Of a stretch of 64,000 nt of DNA, positions 50,331 to 64,000 are shown in pieces. Each line of letters starts with the position of its first letter. Positions within the stretch are counted from its first letter, which is position 1. The stretch comes from Eledone cirrhosa. Its lineage: Eukaryota. The notes under the pieces are model-generated. The model saw nothing but the letters and a program-made list of their open reading frames with translations. It did not search any database and was not told where the DNA came from. Where the stretch lies: NCBI GenBank assembly GCA_964016885.1, contig OZ024742.1, forward strand, positions 232,562,001 through 232,626,000. The letters run 5' to 3'. The position numbers were made by a program, and so were the translations under genes.

Positions 50331-51669
50331 CGCCTGGCAAGATAAGGTCTATTTCATCAGTAACTGAGGTTGTCTAAATGTTTCTCATAGAACCGGTCCT
50401 TTTCTTTATTCAGTCTTGCCTGTAGTGCATAGGTAAATGTAATTTTCATTCTTTTTCCTACAGCTATTCTAAGCTTCATAATTCTGTCACTATCCATTTC
50501 TCAGCTAGTAGTATGCCTACATCTCCTACCCCATTGTCATTTCCTATCCAGAAAAATTTGTATTTATGTACTTTGTCTATGAGTAGTCTTGCTGACGCAG
50601 CCCTCCGTCTCACTTCCTCTAACAGCTCCTCAATTTCACCTGATTTACCTTTTAGTGGCAGTCCTGAGATGTGTAACTTGGCAGTGGTTAGTTACCTGAA
50701 AGGGGGAAAAGGTGCAATTGCTTGATGATGGTCAAGGGATTCTTCGTACATAATTACTCTTGCTATCCCACTAACATGACTAGTGTTAGCCCTGTATACG
50801 CAATTGGTGCAAATCACGTGTTGTGCTTTCCATAATTTTGGCAGGTTTTTTTCTGGCTGGGTGCATTATTCGTGTCATCAGAGACCTCTCCACCCTATAT
50901 CAGTTTTGTCTACTCCTAAATGGGTTGCCTTCATTATGGCTTACAAGACTCATGTCTGCCCCTTGCTGATTTATTTTTGAGTTTTGAGTTACAATATCGA
51001 AACAGTATAGATACACTATCCATTCAATATTGAAACTATATATATAATGCATATACACAGACACAGTAAGCAGGAGTCACTTGGAAGTGTGGCTGAGGGT
51101 AAGAAGACAAAAATAAAGTGTGCAGAAGTGATGGGGTAGAAAAAGAGGGAAAAGTTCTTGTACAGGAGGCCTAATGAAGAAACTTATCTTTGTAAATGGG
51201 TGTATGTATATAGGACAAATCATATAAAACAAGCAACTTTGAAATTGTTAATAAAACTCCTGATGGTTCTCGTCTATGCAGTAGCCCTACGAAGTATTGG
51301 AAAAACCAACTGAACTGCAGCTTCATTCCCTGTGCAATTAACTGCCTGAAATCCTGAAGGATTTCATACATATCAGGTGGGTGTGGTGGTGGAGGCGAGT
51401 TATCTATGAAGGTGGTGTAGAACAGTTTGATGCTGAACACACTAAGCCACAAGATGGTTGAAGAGCAGTCTGACACCATTGCCAAATCTGGTCACCCAAC
51501 AGTAACCATGAGTCTTTCATCCATGTCTTGCTTGTCCCTGGATCTGTCTGCCACAGATTTCTATTGTATCTTACAAACATTTTTTTTTCTTTTCACCAAT
51601 TGTGAAGGTCATGGTCAGAAACGTCAGTATCTACTTTATCCCGGGGCACAAATTATACTACTTTAATTT

Positions 51670-52715
51670 TTATATGGCCTTGCTCAGTATATAGGAAAGG
51701 TGTAGGTAGGAACTCCATTCTCTGCCCCAAATGCAAACAATGGGTACACAAGAGATATAGCGGGATCTCAGGAAGCTTAATTAAGAATGTAGGCTTCACA
51801 TGCAGCAGCAAACAGCCACAGGAAACAAGTACCACCAATCTCTGGGAGGGCTCTGTAGAAACAGTAGACAGCTTCTGCTACCTAGGTGACCGAATTAGCA
51901 GCGGAGGTGTGTGTTCAGAAAGTACAATAACTAGGGTAAGAACGGGATAGAAGTTTAGGGAACTACTACCACTGCTAGCTGCAAATGGCTTCTCCCTCAA
52001 AATGAAAGGCAGACTGTATGATGCGTGTATCCGAACAGCGATGTTGCATGGTAGTGAGACCTGGGCGCTGAAGGTGGAAGACTTACGTAGATTAGAGAGA
52101 AACGAAGCCTGCATGCTCCGATGGATGTGTAATAGTAATATACGCGAACGACAAAGCATAAATGAATTGAGAGAGAGACTGAGCATAAGAGGAATCAAAT
52201 GCTGTGTGCAGGAGAGGCGGTTGCGTTGGTATGGACATGTGATGCGTATGAAGGATGACAGCTGCATAAAAAGGTGCAGAGCACTAGAAGTCGATGGAAA
52301 CCGCGGAGTGGGAGACCAAAGCCAACCTTACCCAATTACCTCTCAAAGGCAATGACACACGACCGTGACCTCTGGCGTCACGCAGTAATACAGAGTATCC
52401 GACCTCCCATGGGTACAAGCTGAAGCATATAGACAATATGCCCCCACACCCTCCACTGCAAGGTGGTCGTGGAGGTGCCACAGCAAAAAAGCACCCAGCC
52501 CACACTGTAAAGTGGTTGTGTAGGCACCACGAAAAAGCACCCAGCACTCACTGTAAATGAGGTTGGTGTTAGGAAGGGCATCCAGCTGTAGAAATCAAGC
52601 CAAATCAGTTCCTGTATGAGCAAGGCATGGTCAGCCGACCAGACACTGCCCACAATAGGACAACCTGTCTAACCCATGCTAACGTGGAAGAACGGACGTA
52701 AAACGGTGATGATGT
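51670..52715 (+). mobile_element. RTE LINE 3' fragment with 3' UTR and (GAT)n tail
   Basis: MKGRLYDACIRTAMLHGSETW...RLRWYGHV; family of 9451-13110. Confidence 0.9.
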
Positions 52716-53984
52716 ATAGCTAATATGAGTTAATAACAGTTTTTATTTTTATTTTATCATGATACTTTTATCAGCATACTTTGTCAAATGGTTGAAAACT
52801 GTTAAAAACTTGCCAAATGGTTAAGTGGACTCTTCAGCTATGTCAAAAACATTGGTGATTTACATAATAAATGCACTCAGTACACTCTGTAAAGAGGTTG
52901 GAGATAAGAAATATATCCAACTGTAGAAAAACATGCTCCAAAAAAGGTCAGTAGGACTCTTCAGCTATATCAAAGACATGACAACCTCTCTCAGAGCATG
53001 GAAGTATTTTGTAAATGAGATGCAGGGCCCCTGCCTATCTGTGAGGTCCATGGGGAACACGGACATCAAATGATGAGGATGATATGTGGTGAGTTTGTTT
53101 CGAAATGAATATAAAATATATAATTTGTTTATTAAAAAAAATTTATTTTTATTTTTGAAACATCATTGAGTTTATTATTTATCAGCATGTGTCTTAAAAG
53201 ACCACAGAAAAAGAAAGTGAAGCAGTGTCAATTCACAGTACATATTTGTAGAGTAAAATTTTTATAATTATATACCCTACTCTTTTGGAATGTTTGATTA
53301 TATCAGTAAAACTTCCCGTAGAAAATACAAGATATATGGGCCATCAGAAGGAGATGCTACACGATTGCTTGACCTGCTAGAAATAATCACCAATCTCCCT
53401 CAGATCACACCCTTCCGACTTAGAATAAGAGGACATATTGAATAATGCATTAGTCCTAGATTCACTACAGCTACAAAGAAAAAAGGATGGAATGCCTTTG
53501 ATCAATAGGTCTGTTAAGCCAGAGTTGGCCAAGGGCTGAAAATCAAAACGATATGCAGATGCAGGAATAATATTTCAAAGTAGCAAATTCAAAATATTTT
53601 TGTCTGCATTATCAATAGTCATTCTTACGAAAGTTTTTGATTATGTTGTATGATGGTTTAGTGAAATCATGGTCTGGTGTTCTGCCATCGTGTCTCCTAA
53701 TTTGTTATTGTCTATCTTTACTTGCCATATTCTGCAGGAAGAGTTCAGTGCACATCTGTTTGTGACAACGCAGATGAGACACTGGCCCTATTTGCTCATC
53801 ATAACTCTTTGTATTTTCTTTTATAACAGAAGAAATATGAACAAGTTTATTTTCTTTCTTTTTAATGGTTTGGTCCAAAGGATGGGGTTGTGCCTATAAC
53901 CTTTGTAGGTCCTCCAGGACCAGTGAGATCTATTAGCTGAATGATTTATAATAAATATTTCAGGTTACATAAAATTACTCTACA

Positions 53985-54224
53985 TCACAAGAGAACCGCA
54001 ATGCCTGCATCACAACGACCTGTCCTCATCGAAGGACCTGGTGTCCATTTATTAGTTTCAGGATTGTAACATTCTGAAGAATAATGAGTTGTAGGTGCTG
54101 TATAATGACCAATGAGGCCCTTCTCTGTAAACCACCCACCAAAAACATAAATAATATTGTCAACAGCAACAGCACTGGCGCCAGCTCGGGAAGATAGCAT
54201 TGGTGGAATATTGCTCCAACTATC
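53985..54224 (-). CDS. IPP: IPP-like coding exon 5 (last kelch repeat, stop)
   Basis: tttcag acceptor; DSWS...IYVFGG...ECYNPETNKW...GIAVLL*. Confidence 0.93.
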   Translation of the reverse strand, partial: DSWSNIPPMLSSRAGASAVAVDNIIYVFGGWFTEKGLIGHYTAPTTHYSSECYNPETNKWTPGPSMRTGRCDAGIAVLL

Positions 54225-57200
54225 CTGAAAGGCAAAAATATTATTTTGAATTATAAATACAAATAATCCTGAAATCACGTGTTGTGCTTTCCAGAAATAA
54301 GTAAAATATATTACAATAAATATTCTTTCTTTCTAATATTGGCACAAAGCCAGCAATTTGAGGGACATAGCATGACATTCTGAGAGGGTCTTGGGGGCAG
54401 AATCCTCAAACACTTCTTTCAGAAGCAACCATCTCCAACTGATCCAATTGGATCCCCAAGCGTGACCAGCCAAGCTCATGGATGTTATCCAACCATCTTG
54501 CTTGGGGTCTACCCCTGGGTCTCTTGTCGGTTGGTTTTGCCTGTAAAAACTGTCCAGCTATTCTTTCCTGAGACATTCTAACTACCTGCCCATATTATCG
54601 GAGCTGTGATCTCTCAATTCGGAGTAACTCTTTGATCTCCAAGTTACACACTTTATCGAGTAACATTACTCCAAAGAGCCTTCGGAGGAATCCCATTTTG
54701 GCTGCTTGTATTCGCGATTGTATTCTATTGGTCAATACCCAAGATTCATGACCATATGCCTTCTCCAGGTCGACAAAACAAGAATATACTTCTTGGCAAT
54801 ACTCCAACGATTTCTTGAATACCTGCCGTGGTGTGAATATTTGGTCGGCATCCAGGGCAAAAACTACATTGTTCATCAGCTAGCTTGGACTCGACAATCT
54901 CCCTGCCTCTCTTTGCCAGACACTTAGCATAGACTTTTCCAGGGAGGCTTAACAAAGAGATCCCTCTGTAATTAGAACAATCTCTCGTCTCCCTTTTTGA
55001 AAGTTGGGAAAGAACAGTTGAATATGTCAATTTCAGGAAGACGCATAGTTTACTGGTTAGGGTGCTGGCCCATGATTGTGAAGTCATGTGTTCCATTCCT
55101 GGACTGGGCGGTGCGTTGTGTCCTTGAGCAAGATGATTTATTTTACGTTGTTCTAGGCTTCTAAGGACTTATCATCCTTTTTTCCTATATTAACGAGATG
55201 CAGGCTCTAGTAACAGAACAACTTGAAAACTTATCCTTGCTGAATTGTGTTCCCACTACTAGAAGGGAGTGAAATATGCGAAGTTGTCGGAGACAGGGTG
55301 ATATTGAGATGTTGCTGAGACTGCCTCTCATTTTTCCACACCTGGATGAAAGCAGATATTGGTCACATCAGTATGAAAAAACATGTAAAAATGATGGTGT
55401 TGAATAATGTCAAATGACAAACTTTGTTTAACACTTCAACAATTCTGCCAACATTGTATGTGTAGTAAATAAGACTATCATCAAGATGTAATTGTGATTA
55501 TTTTATATTCACTGTTGAAGTGATAAATCATTGCATACCCTGTAAGGTGGTTGGCATAAGGAAAGGCATCCAGCTGGAGAAAACCAAGCCAAAAATGGAG
55601 TGTATAAGCAAACTCAGAACATGATAGCCGTCTAACCCATACAAGCATGGAAAATAGATGTTAAATAGTGATAATGATGATGATACTTACAGTGTCAATG
55701 CAATATTTTTCAACCACATCCAATGCTCCTTCATGTTCATTACAGCCACCAACAGCATAAATATAGTTATCAATAATGGTTACAGCAACATGGCTTCGCC
55801 GTGTTGGCATATCACTCAGTGTAGTCCATTCTTTTGTAACAGGGTTATAACATTCAGTTGTCTTTAACTCAAGGCCAGAATAATCAGCGCCACCAATCAA
55901 ATAGAATAAGCCTAAAATAAATAAAACAAACAAAATATCAAAACATGGTATTTTCAAAATTAGACATTTATTGATTTGATGGAATTAGCTGTATGCATGA
56001 TTTATGCCATCATTAAGGCTGTCTAGGCACCCACCTAGGGTACATTACTGAACCTTAAGGGACCACAGTTTTTCTGTGATTAATAAATAAATTACTACAC
56101 ATCTTTACTGTGTAGTAGCATTGTGGAAATATCCAAAGCTGTGGAGATGGTCACATGGTGTTATCATCAGCCATGAGTAGTGGAAAATGCAGGCTTAGTA
56201 ATTTTCTTAGTGTGGTCAGAGCAACTAAGGTTTGTCAGGTTGCCAAACTATGAGTTGAAATTATTTGTATTGGGAGTATGAGGCGCAAATTGTAGAACTG
56301 GCCAAGGGCACTAAATACCCAGTCGCTAGCTCTAATTCTGTGTTGTATATGTTTTAAAGCTCTTATCATGTATTCTATTCCAAAGAAATTCTCCACTTGT
56401 CTTCTCCCAACCATTATATATTGATATATCAGATTGTAACAAAAGTTCTGTCCATTTTTTTAAGGCTCAATAAAACAATAAAAAAACACTATCAGATATG
56501 TTTAATTGTTAATGTGGTCACCATTCTCCTCTATGACCTTTCCATCTGTCAATAAGCTTTTTAATGCCATGTGCATAAAATTCTTTAGGTTTTGAACTAA
56601 AAAAAGAAACTAACACATTTTTGACTTCTTCTCTTGAAGTAAGTCTTAATCCACTCAAATGATTTTGCGAACTTCTAAAGAGATGGTAATCTGTTGGCAT
56701 GAGGTCCAGTGAATATTGTGAGGGAAGTAGAATTTCCCAGGCATATTTTTCTAGATCTTTGGTCTTTTGTGCCTATAGTGTTAGATAACTTTAACACTTT
56801 ATCATTTTATCCAGCCATATCTGGCCAGAATTCTCTCACCTCTTTCTCTTCAAACCGTCCGAAACTGGCCACTCATACTGATGTTAAGGTATTGTTCTCA
56901 AAATAAATAACATCAAAATCTTGTAGATTCGATATGTGAGATAATTATATAAGATAAAGTCTTTAGCACAAAAATACAATAGTCTATATAGAGTAATGTA
57001 AATGCTAAAGGGTTAAATCTAACTCAAGATTTATTAGAAAAAAAACGTACAGAAGTTTCGTTACAACCTGACACACTATTCTCACCACTATTTTTATACA
57101 GTTTACTTGCTACTGGGTAGTTGTTTAGATCATGCCTACTATGACTGAGCAGACCTGTGATCAAAGGGAACTCAAGCAATGACTATCTAGTGTGTTTTTT

Positions 57201-60200
57201 CCAGGCATAGTGTGTATATGTTGGACCTTTCAGCTTTGATGATGACTGTTTCAGTTGTTTGACCAATGAAACACCCTGCTTGTGAAATTAGTGAGTATTC
57301 CACAGACATGTGTACCCTTAAAGTAGCTGATGGAGATTCAGCATGACACACTGTGTTACAAGTGTAGTCCTTTGAATTACAACCACAACTCATTTTTGCC
57401 AGCTGACTGGACATAAAATAAAGTGTCTTGCTCAAGGACATAACACACAGCCAGGAATCAAACTCATGGCTTTATAATCGTGAGACAAACACCCCAACCA
57501 CTTAGCCACTTGCCTTCATAGGCATAGAGTTTCCAGAACTATACTAAAGCTTTAACGCATTAGCATTTAAATCAGCCGTATCCCTCCAGAATTCTCTCAC
57601 CTCTTTCTGTTCAAACTGGCTGTAACTGGCTGCTCATACTGATGTTAAGGTATTGTTCTTAAAATAAATAATATCAAAATCTCATAGTATCAATATTATG
57701 TGAGATAATTATGTAAGGTAAAGTCTTTACCCCGAAAATACAATAGTAAATATAGAGTAATGTAAATACTAAAGGGTTAAAGTGGACGTGTAGACAACTT
57801 TTAAACTGTCATTAGACAATATAGATAAAACCAGATTAGAAAAGAACAAACCAAAACCAAAGATATAATTGTTAAGTGAAACCATTATATGTTACAATTA
57901 GCTAGTATAAAGTAATATATTACACTCACCTTCTTCATGTTCAGCATACCCCATGGCATATCGCAGTGTATTAACTTTACCACATACTATCCACTGATCA
58001 AGTGATGATTCATATTTTTCAATGGTGGCACCCAACTCACTACCAATCCAACCTCCAATTGCATATAAGTGATTCGTATCTACACACAATGCTAAATTGC
58101 AACGAGGAAAATTCATACATGCAATTCCAGTCCATGATCCTGTAGTAGGATCAAAGCATTCTACAGTATCACAGATTAATGAGTCATGCTCTCCTCCAGC
58201 AACATAGACTTTTTTATTGAGCACAGCAATTCCATGGCCACTGCGAGCATCTTCAATCTCAGGCACATTTTTCCACAGTTTTTCAAATGTATCAAACTTT
58301 TCAACAGTAGAAAGAGTTTCACCATCAGCCCATTTTTTGCCTTGGAGTCGAGAAAATCCACCAATTAAATATATATTTTTACATGTTTGTAACCTAGGTC
58401 TCATTAAACTAGTCTTTAATCTGTTATGTTTGTACATTTTATAGCAAATAACAGAGAGAGAAATATCATGTTCATTATCCCCTAAGTCAAAAGAGTTTTG
58501 AAGATATTCTTGAAGTTCGAGTTCTGAAATTAAAGGAAACCGTACGGGAGACATTACATCATAAATATATATTTTTCGAGTTGAGATATCATGTAAAAGC
58601 CATCTAAGAGCCATGTGAAACACTTCCAATTCTGTTCTTACATGTAGGTGCTCACTACTTAAAAAATGAACCAGTGTTTCTTTAGGAAGATCAAAAAATT
58701 CTTCTGATTGTTCAACCTCTCCAAAGTGGCTGTAAATATATTTTTCTGCAGCACTCAGAACATCTTTGCATGCATGTGCTTCAGCAAACATATAGATTCC
58801 TGAAATAAAATAAAAGTGATTTTTAGCATAATATCGTAAACTTTACAATCGAAATTGAATATTGGTAGAACAGAATATTGGTACAATATTTACTCACAAA
58901 AGAAATATATATTTTATCAATATGTGTAATATTAAGGCTCATTTTTGAGGTTATAGTGACCACATAATTGTAAGTTCATATCTTACTACAGCCACTGATT
59001 TGTGTCTAAAAACAAGACACAGGACACAAATTGTATAGATATGGATTGAGAAATGAAGAGGGATCAAGGCTTGTAGAATTGTGATGCAACCTTTTACAAC
59101 AGTAACTTCAGGAAACCAGCCTGCCACTCAATCATCTACCAATCAGGTGAACACGCTAGCGACATTTATTTCATTCTTATTAAAAAATATGATAGATAGA
59201 TGGTTCATCATCATCACCCTTTTACGTTCATTCTTCCAAGCTAGCATGGGTTAGACATTTAAAAATGCATTCACCTACAGGTTTTCAGCCCACTTTTGTT
59301 TATTATAGATCTCCAGGCCATAGCAGATGAGAATAAAGCTAGGTATCCTTGGGAAGTTCTATAAGCTGATGACATAGTACTTATAGTTAAATCTGCAGAA
59401 GCTCTAGAGAAGAAATTTCAGATCATCATCATCATTGCCACTGCTGCCACCACCACCATTTAACATCTATTTTCCATTCTTGCATGGGTTAGATGGCTAT
59501 CATGAACCGTGGCCAGACCAGTCATGTGACTAAGTCTTGCTCATACATTTCAATTTGGCTTGGTACTACAGCTGGGTGCCCTTCCTAAAACCAACCACTT
59601 TACAGCATATACTGGGAGTATTTTATCATGAGTATTTTATCATACAACCTGAGAAAGTGAACTGGGTGCTTTTTCTCAAGGTACGAGTACTACCACATTA
59701 TAGGGTGGACTAATTGCTTCTGTCACGGTGCTAGCACTACCTAATTACAACACTAGAGTACTCAGTGTCCTTGATCTGGCTGTGGGAGCATTGGTGAGAG
59801 TTGAGACTGAAGAATGAACAATGCACTGCTTTAGCATAGAGGTGGCCTTGAAACAAGTGGATGATATCTGACATTGCCTTCCCTTCATAATCTAAATATG
59901 TGTGTGACGGTGGGGGCATTTATATGCTACTTGTGGTGAAGGAGGAGAGAGGCATTATATCATGGCGTGGCCTTGGAGCAAGTGGCTGGTATCCGACAGT
60001 GTGGGGTGTGCTTAGATTTTCATGCTAGCCTGGGTTGGAGTAAGTGCATGGTGACCTGTGTTGGTGATTCAGTCAAGATTCACCCTAGTTATACATGCTA
60101 GTATATGTTGGGCGAGGAAGTCAGGTGTATACTAGCAGATGAGGATCTGAGAGTTGTTCCATTTCTCTGCTCCTTCAGGTTTAGGATAGGGAAGGGAATC

Positions 60201-61708
60201 AGGGACATGCTCGTAAGGAATCCAGGAGTATAATGGCAGGTAGATGGAGGGGTGACTTTGAGTGTTGTACCACTTCTCTGCTTCTTTGGGTTTAAGGTTG
60301 AGGGAGGTAAATATGGAGCATGCTTGCAGGTGGATGGGGGTGAGGGTCATCCTCCTTGTGCTCGTTTCATCCTGCTTGTATGGGAAGAAAATCTCAAATG
60401 CAAAAAATAACTGTAACCACAGTTGGTTGCTATAAATAATAGCTTAGAAAATCAGGTAAAATACCCCTACAGACGGAAAAAAAGTGGCCAGCAACTGCTA
60501 TGAAGAATCAAACTCTGTACCTCTCAAATTCCGATTGAACACTCTATACCATTGAATTGAAAGTCCTTAGAATAAACTAAACAAAGACCGAAGTCATAGT
60601 AAATAAGAAAAAAAGACAGCATCAAGTTACCATTGGGAAAATGACCATGCTCAATTTGCAGAAACAGTAGATAGTAACGCCATTGTTTTCCTCAAACACT
60701 TACTAAACGTAAGCATCTTCTTCATTCTTCTGCTGTCACACTCCATGAGATATGGGTAATATACCAATTGGAATGAGAAAATGTAATATTAATTATACAT
60801 ACCAATGCAGTTTTCCACTGAGATTTGTTGCTTAAGGTATTCACAACAGAATGATAACACTTCAGATACATCAAACATGTCTGCTGCTGTCATGAGATCT
60901 TGACAATTTTCAGAACTTACTTCAATTTGGCCTGAAATGTTTACAAAAGCAGCTATTAACTTTTTACAAAACAATTATTACAAGACACTAAACTACAATA
61001 ATAACAACAAAGTATAATGCTCAATTATGTAAGTATCTATGTATTGATGAGTAACTCCTGATGGAGGGGTACCATCACAACATATGTCTTGGGCACTTTA
61101 AACCTGGCAAAACCCAACTCGCTCCATGTCTGAACATAGAGGTTGAAAGAAAGGAAAAGAGAAAGAGATATAGAGGAAGAATAAATCCTAGTAGTGAGCT
61201 GGTACTTTTTTTTACTGACCTCGAAAGGATGAAAAGCAAAGTTGACAGAGAACTGGAATCAATATTGCAAAGCATTTTATTTGACATTTTAATGACTCTG
61301 CCAATTTGCAGCTACTTCATTTATGTTTTAATTAAATTATAGACTTCAATCAATAGACAAAACAATAGAATACATACCAGTGTAAAAGAACTGAAGAAGA
61401 CTCTGAAAAGCTTCAGGCTGTAATCCTTGTAGTGTAATGATCTTTTGGTCATTTTCTACTAAAGTGCTGGTAAACATAGCATTAAAGTAAGAACTGCCAG
61501 CAGCTAATACATTACGATGTGCATAAAATATATTGGAACCCACATGTATCTCAACATCGCAAAGAAGTTGATCCTGCCAAAGTAAGAATAAATTTTTAAG
61601 GACACGGCCTGCGTAACTGTTAGTTTCTTTTGGAGACATATGCTGTGTAGAAAGGTAACGCTGTGCAAGGGCCTTTGATTTTGGTAATTCACGTGTACAG
61701 GTTGCCAT
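53985..61708 (-). CDS. IPP: BTB-BACK-Kelch protein, most like actin-binding protein IPP (KLHL27), 5 coding exons, 596 aa
   Basis: Exons 61708-61378, 60931-60803, 58799-57930, 55911-55691, 54224-53985; GT-AG, phases consistent, total 1791 nt. BTB (LCDV..VG...FYAHRNVLAAGSSYFNAMF), BACK, and six kelch repeats with GG motifs. IPP-like segments: GGFSRLQGKKWAD, VAGGEHDSLI, IGGWIGSE..TIE. An in-frame TAG lies just upstream of the ATG. Confidence 0.9.
54375..55000 (-). mobile_element. RTE (Rex3/Expander-like) fragment in the last IPP intron
   Basis: CSNYRGISLLSLPGKVY, FVDLEKAY, IQAAKMGFLRR. Confidence 0.85.
55691..55911 (-). CDS. IPP: IPP-like coding exon 4 (kelch 4-5)
   Basis: ttttag acceptor, ACT|GTAAGT donor; YLIGG...ECYNP...YAVGG. 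Confidence 0.94.
56429..57071 (-). mobile_element. Internally deleted mariner with both TIRs, carrying a nested piggyBac MITE (56795-57012)
   Basis: TIRs TCAGATTGTAACAAAAGTTCTG / CAGAAGTTTCGTTACAACCTGA; PTDYHLFRS...FY..GI..L..RW. Confidence 0.8.
57120..57520 (-). mobile_element. tRNA-derived CORE-type SINE with a different body
   Basis: - strand TGGCTAAGTGG A box, GAGTTTGATTCC B box, CCTTGAGCAAGACACTT. Confidence 0.7.
57556..57776 (-). mobile_element. piggyBac-type MITE
   Basis: TTAA flanks; family of 46901-47108. Confidence 0.8.
57930..58799 (-). CDS. IPP: IPP-like coding exon 3 (BACK plus kelch 1-3)
   Basis: 870-nt exon extending ORF 57898-58791; tttcag acceptor, G|GTGAGT donor. Confidence 0.95.
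60803..60931 (-). CDS. IPP: IPP-like coding exon 2 (GQIEVSSENCQDL...VENCIG)
   Basis: tttcag acceptor, G|GTATGT donor, end of the BTB domain. Confidence 0.92.
61378..61708 (-). CDS. IPP: IPP-like coding exon 1 (BTB domain)
   Basis: ORF 61346-61708; donor ACTG|GTATGT; likely acceptor of this exon at 61913-61915 (5' UTR part 61709-61912). Confidence 0.92.
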
Positions 61709-62049
61709 GAATTTCTATGTTATAAACGTTTGTTTGAAGCTCTTATATTTTTCCACGCGTTTCCAAGAACAAATCAAAAGTTGAGCATTTTCTGTTACAG
61801 ACATAGAGTTAACACTTAGATTGATCCGAAATAGCTATCAGTTGATATAAGATGGTATGACATGAACATTTATGTCATCAAGATAGCCAGAAGTCACGAA
61901 ATGATTAACAACCTGGAAAAGTAATATAAAAATATTAAAATGACATCGACAACATCTAAAGAATATAAAGATCAGTCAGTTATTAAAGATAATTTATAGT
62001 CATGATCAATACAATATATTTGAACTCTTCCCTTTAAATATATATGTCA

Positions 62050-62720
62050 AGAAGACTGAGGGTGTCTTGACATCACTCAGCAAGACCTTTGTTAGCCGCT
62101 CTCCAGCCATCTATTTAAAGCTGTATACAGCTATGGTACGACCACACTTGGAATTCGCATCATCAGTCTGGAACCCCTATCTTGCTCAGAAACTGTTCAG
62201 AGACGTGCAACCAAGCGCATACCCTCCATCAGACACCTACCATATTCTGAACGCCTTGCTTCCCTGGGCATGGATTCATTGAAGCTCCGACGTCTGGCAA
62301 TGGACTTGGTAAACACCCACAAAGTTATTAACCATCTCGCCAACAACAACCCTGAGCACCTTTTTGATCTCCATGTGTCTAACACACGTGGACATGCCTA
62401 CAAGTCAGAAAACAGCACAGCTCCCATGACATTCGGAAACATTTTTTCACGCTTAGAGTTGCTGAAGCATGTAACGAACTACCTGCATCAGTTGTTAGCT
62501 GCCGAGACACTGCAACCTTTAAAACCCTCATGCTTCCCGAAATTCGCCAAAACTATACCTGATGTCCCCCTTCCATACACATGCACACGTGTGTATCATG
62601 ACTCATGCACTGTTCATTTTCCTGACGTTTGTACATTACCCTATGTACTATACATACACTTTTGATGAGTTGTAGTGCACCTGAGCACTGTACACAATAT
62701 TTTCATTATTATTATTATTC
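62050..62720 (+). mobile_element. CR1 LINE 3' fragment with (ATT)n tail
   Basis: LYTAMVRPHLEFASSVWNPY, SLKLRRL..DL...HK, NTRGHAYK. Confidence 0.88.
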
Positions 62721-63168
62721 TATAAATACACACATATAGCAAGTTTGTATTAACAAGCATAAGAAAACGTACTTAATATATGTTGTAGAGTTTATTTGTT
62801 CTAAGCTGATGATTGACCCCTTTCGCTACTCAGTTTCTCCCCACATGTAATCTTTCATCATTTTTTTTCGCTGAAAAGATTGCATGTGTCTCTGTAAATG
62901 CTCGTGTTTGTGTGTGTGAGGGCTAATGCAAGTTGAATATTTTCAATTTAATTCAACCGTATTTACTATAAACATAATGCTGTGCATTAAGCAAGGGACA
63001 CAACTCTGCTTGCTCAAGTAAATCAGTATAATTGTTTCTACTTTAGGCACAAGGCCAGCCATTACTCAGTACATTACTGGTACTTTATTTTATTGACCCG
63101 TAAGGATGAAAGACAAAGTTAACCTCCGTGGGTCAGTATAATGCGAGGAAGTTATATGTGTATATATA

Positions 63169-64000
63169 CAAGGGTGGGCTCAAAAGTTTATAGGTTGACT
63201 ATGGAGGAGTGATGCTAGAGCTGTGAAATCCTGCATGCATTAATTTCAACTCTTCTTATCAATAATTGTCCAGGTAAACTGACATCTGGCTGTTCAAAGA
63301 AGACTTCAAAAGTAACTAGTAGCAACTTCTCTTGCAAATTGTCAAAATTTGGCATTGTAGTGTTATCAAGTACCTGCAGAAAAATGGTTTAGCCCCCAAG
63401 GATATTCATGATGACATGGTTGCTACATTAGGCGATAACACTCCAGCTTTATTAACAGTGCAAAAGTGGGCAGCTGAATTTCAAGATGACCCAAGGTCTG
63501 GACGTCCTGTAACTGCTACCACCAAAGAAAACGCGTCATCCATTACATGGTAATGGATGTCAGGCAATTGTTTGAGGCAGATCCAGTTGGTTTCTTTGAA
63601 CGTTTCCTAACCCAGGATGAGTGTTAGTTCATCACTTTGAGCCATAGACCCTCCTCACCTGCTCCAAAGAAGACCAATGTCGTTTCATGTGTAGGGGTAG
63701 TGATAGCCTCGGTTTTGGGGGACGCACCATCAATGGAGAGTACTATGCCAACTTGTTGAGGCAGTTACAAAAGGCTGTCAAGACCAAATGCCCAGGAAAA
63801 CTACTGAAAAATGTCTTGTTTTATTAGGACAATGCTCTAGCACAAAAGTCCTTGGATTCAAGGCCTCTGTGCATGACTGGCTTTGGGCTGGTTGATCATC
63901 CACCCTATTCTTTTGATTTGGCCCCCATCTGTTTCTCATCATGAAAAAAACACTTGACTAGGAACCAGCATCACAGTGATGATAATATATCTGCTGTTGA
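63169..64000 (+). mobile_element. Degenerate mariner transposon running off the window end
   Basis: TA|CAAGGGTGG start; VIKYL..G..PKDIH.DM, QKWAAEF, DDPRSGRP, TQDE, DNA, HPPYS.DLAP. Confidence 0.88.

Overview
AT-rich, intron-containing animal genomic DNA. The SINE, RTE and MITE families and the (TA)n/(CA)n/(ATGT)n load suggest a coleoid cephalopod such as octopus (inference). Two intact convergent host genes can be spliced by hand: BRIX1/BRX1 (ribosome biogenesis; + strand, 10 coding exons, 34374-48709, 302 aa) and a BTB-BACK-Kelch gene most like IPP/KLHL27 (- strand, 5 coding exons, 53985-61708, 596 aa). The rest is mostly mobile DNA: RTE and CR1-type LINEs, tRNA-derived SINEs, mariner, Chapaev3, Helitron-like elements, piggyBac-type MITEs, a solo LTR and Penelope-like (PLE) remnants. 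The most notable signals are: (1) three separate PLE/retrozyme-like loci carrying minimal type I hammerhead ribozyme motifs, one as an inverted pair around a CCAAT/TATA promoter; (2) a ~10.5 kb strand-biased composite (14.7-25.2 kb) of palindromic modules, a nested palindrome around a TTAGGG-like core, and stepwise 5- and 6-bp satellites; (3) a chain of RTE elements inserted into each other's (ATGT)n tails, with an HDV-like 5' head; (4) a perfect 88-bp palindrome in BRIX1 intron 1. Repeat boundaries are read by eye and are approximate.
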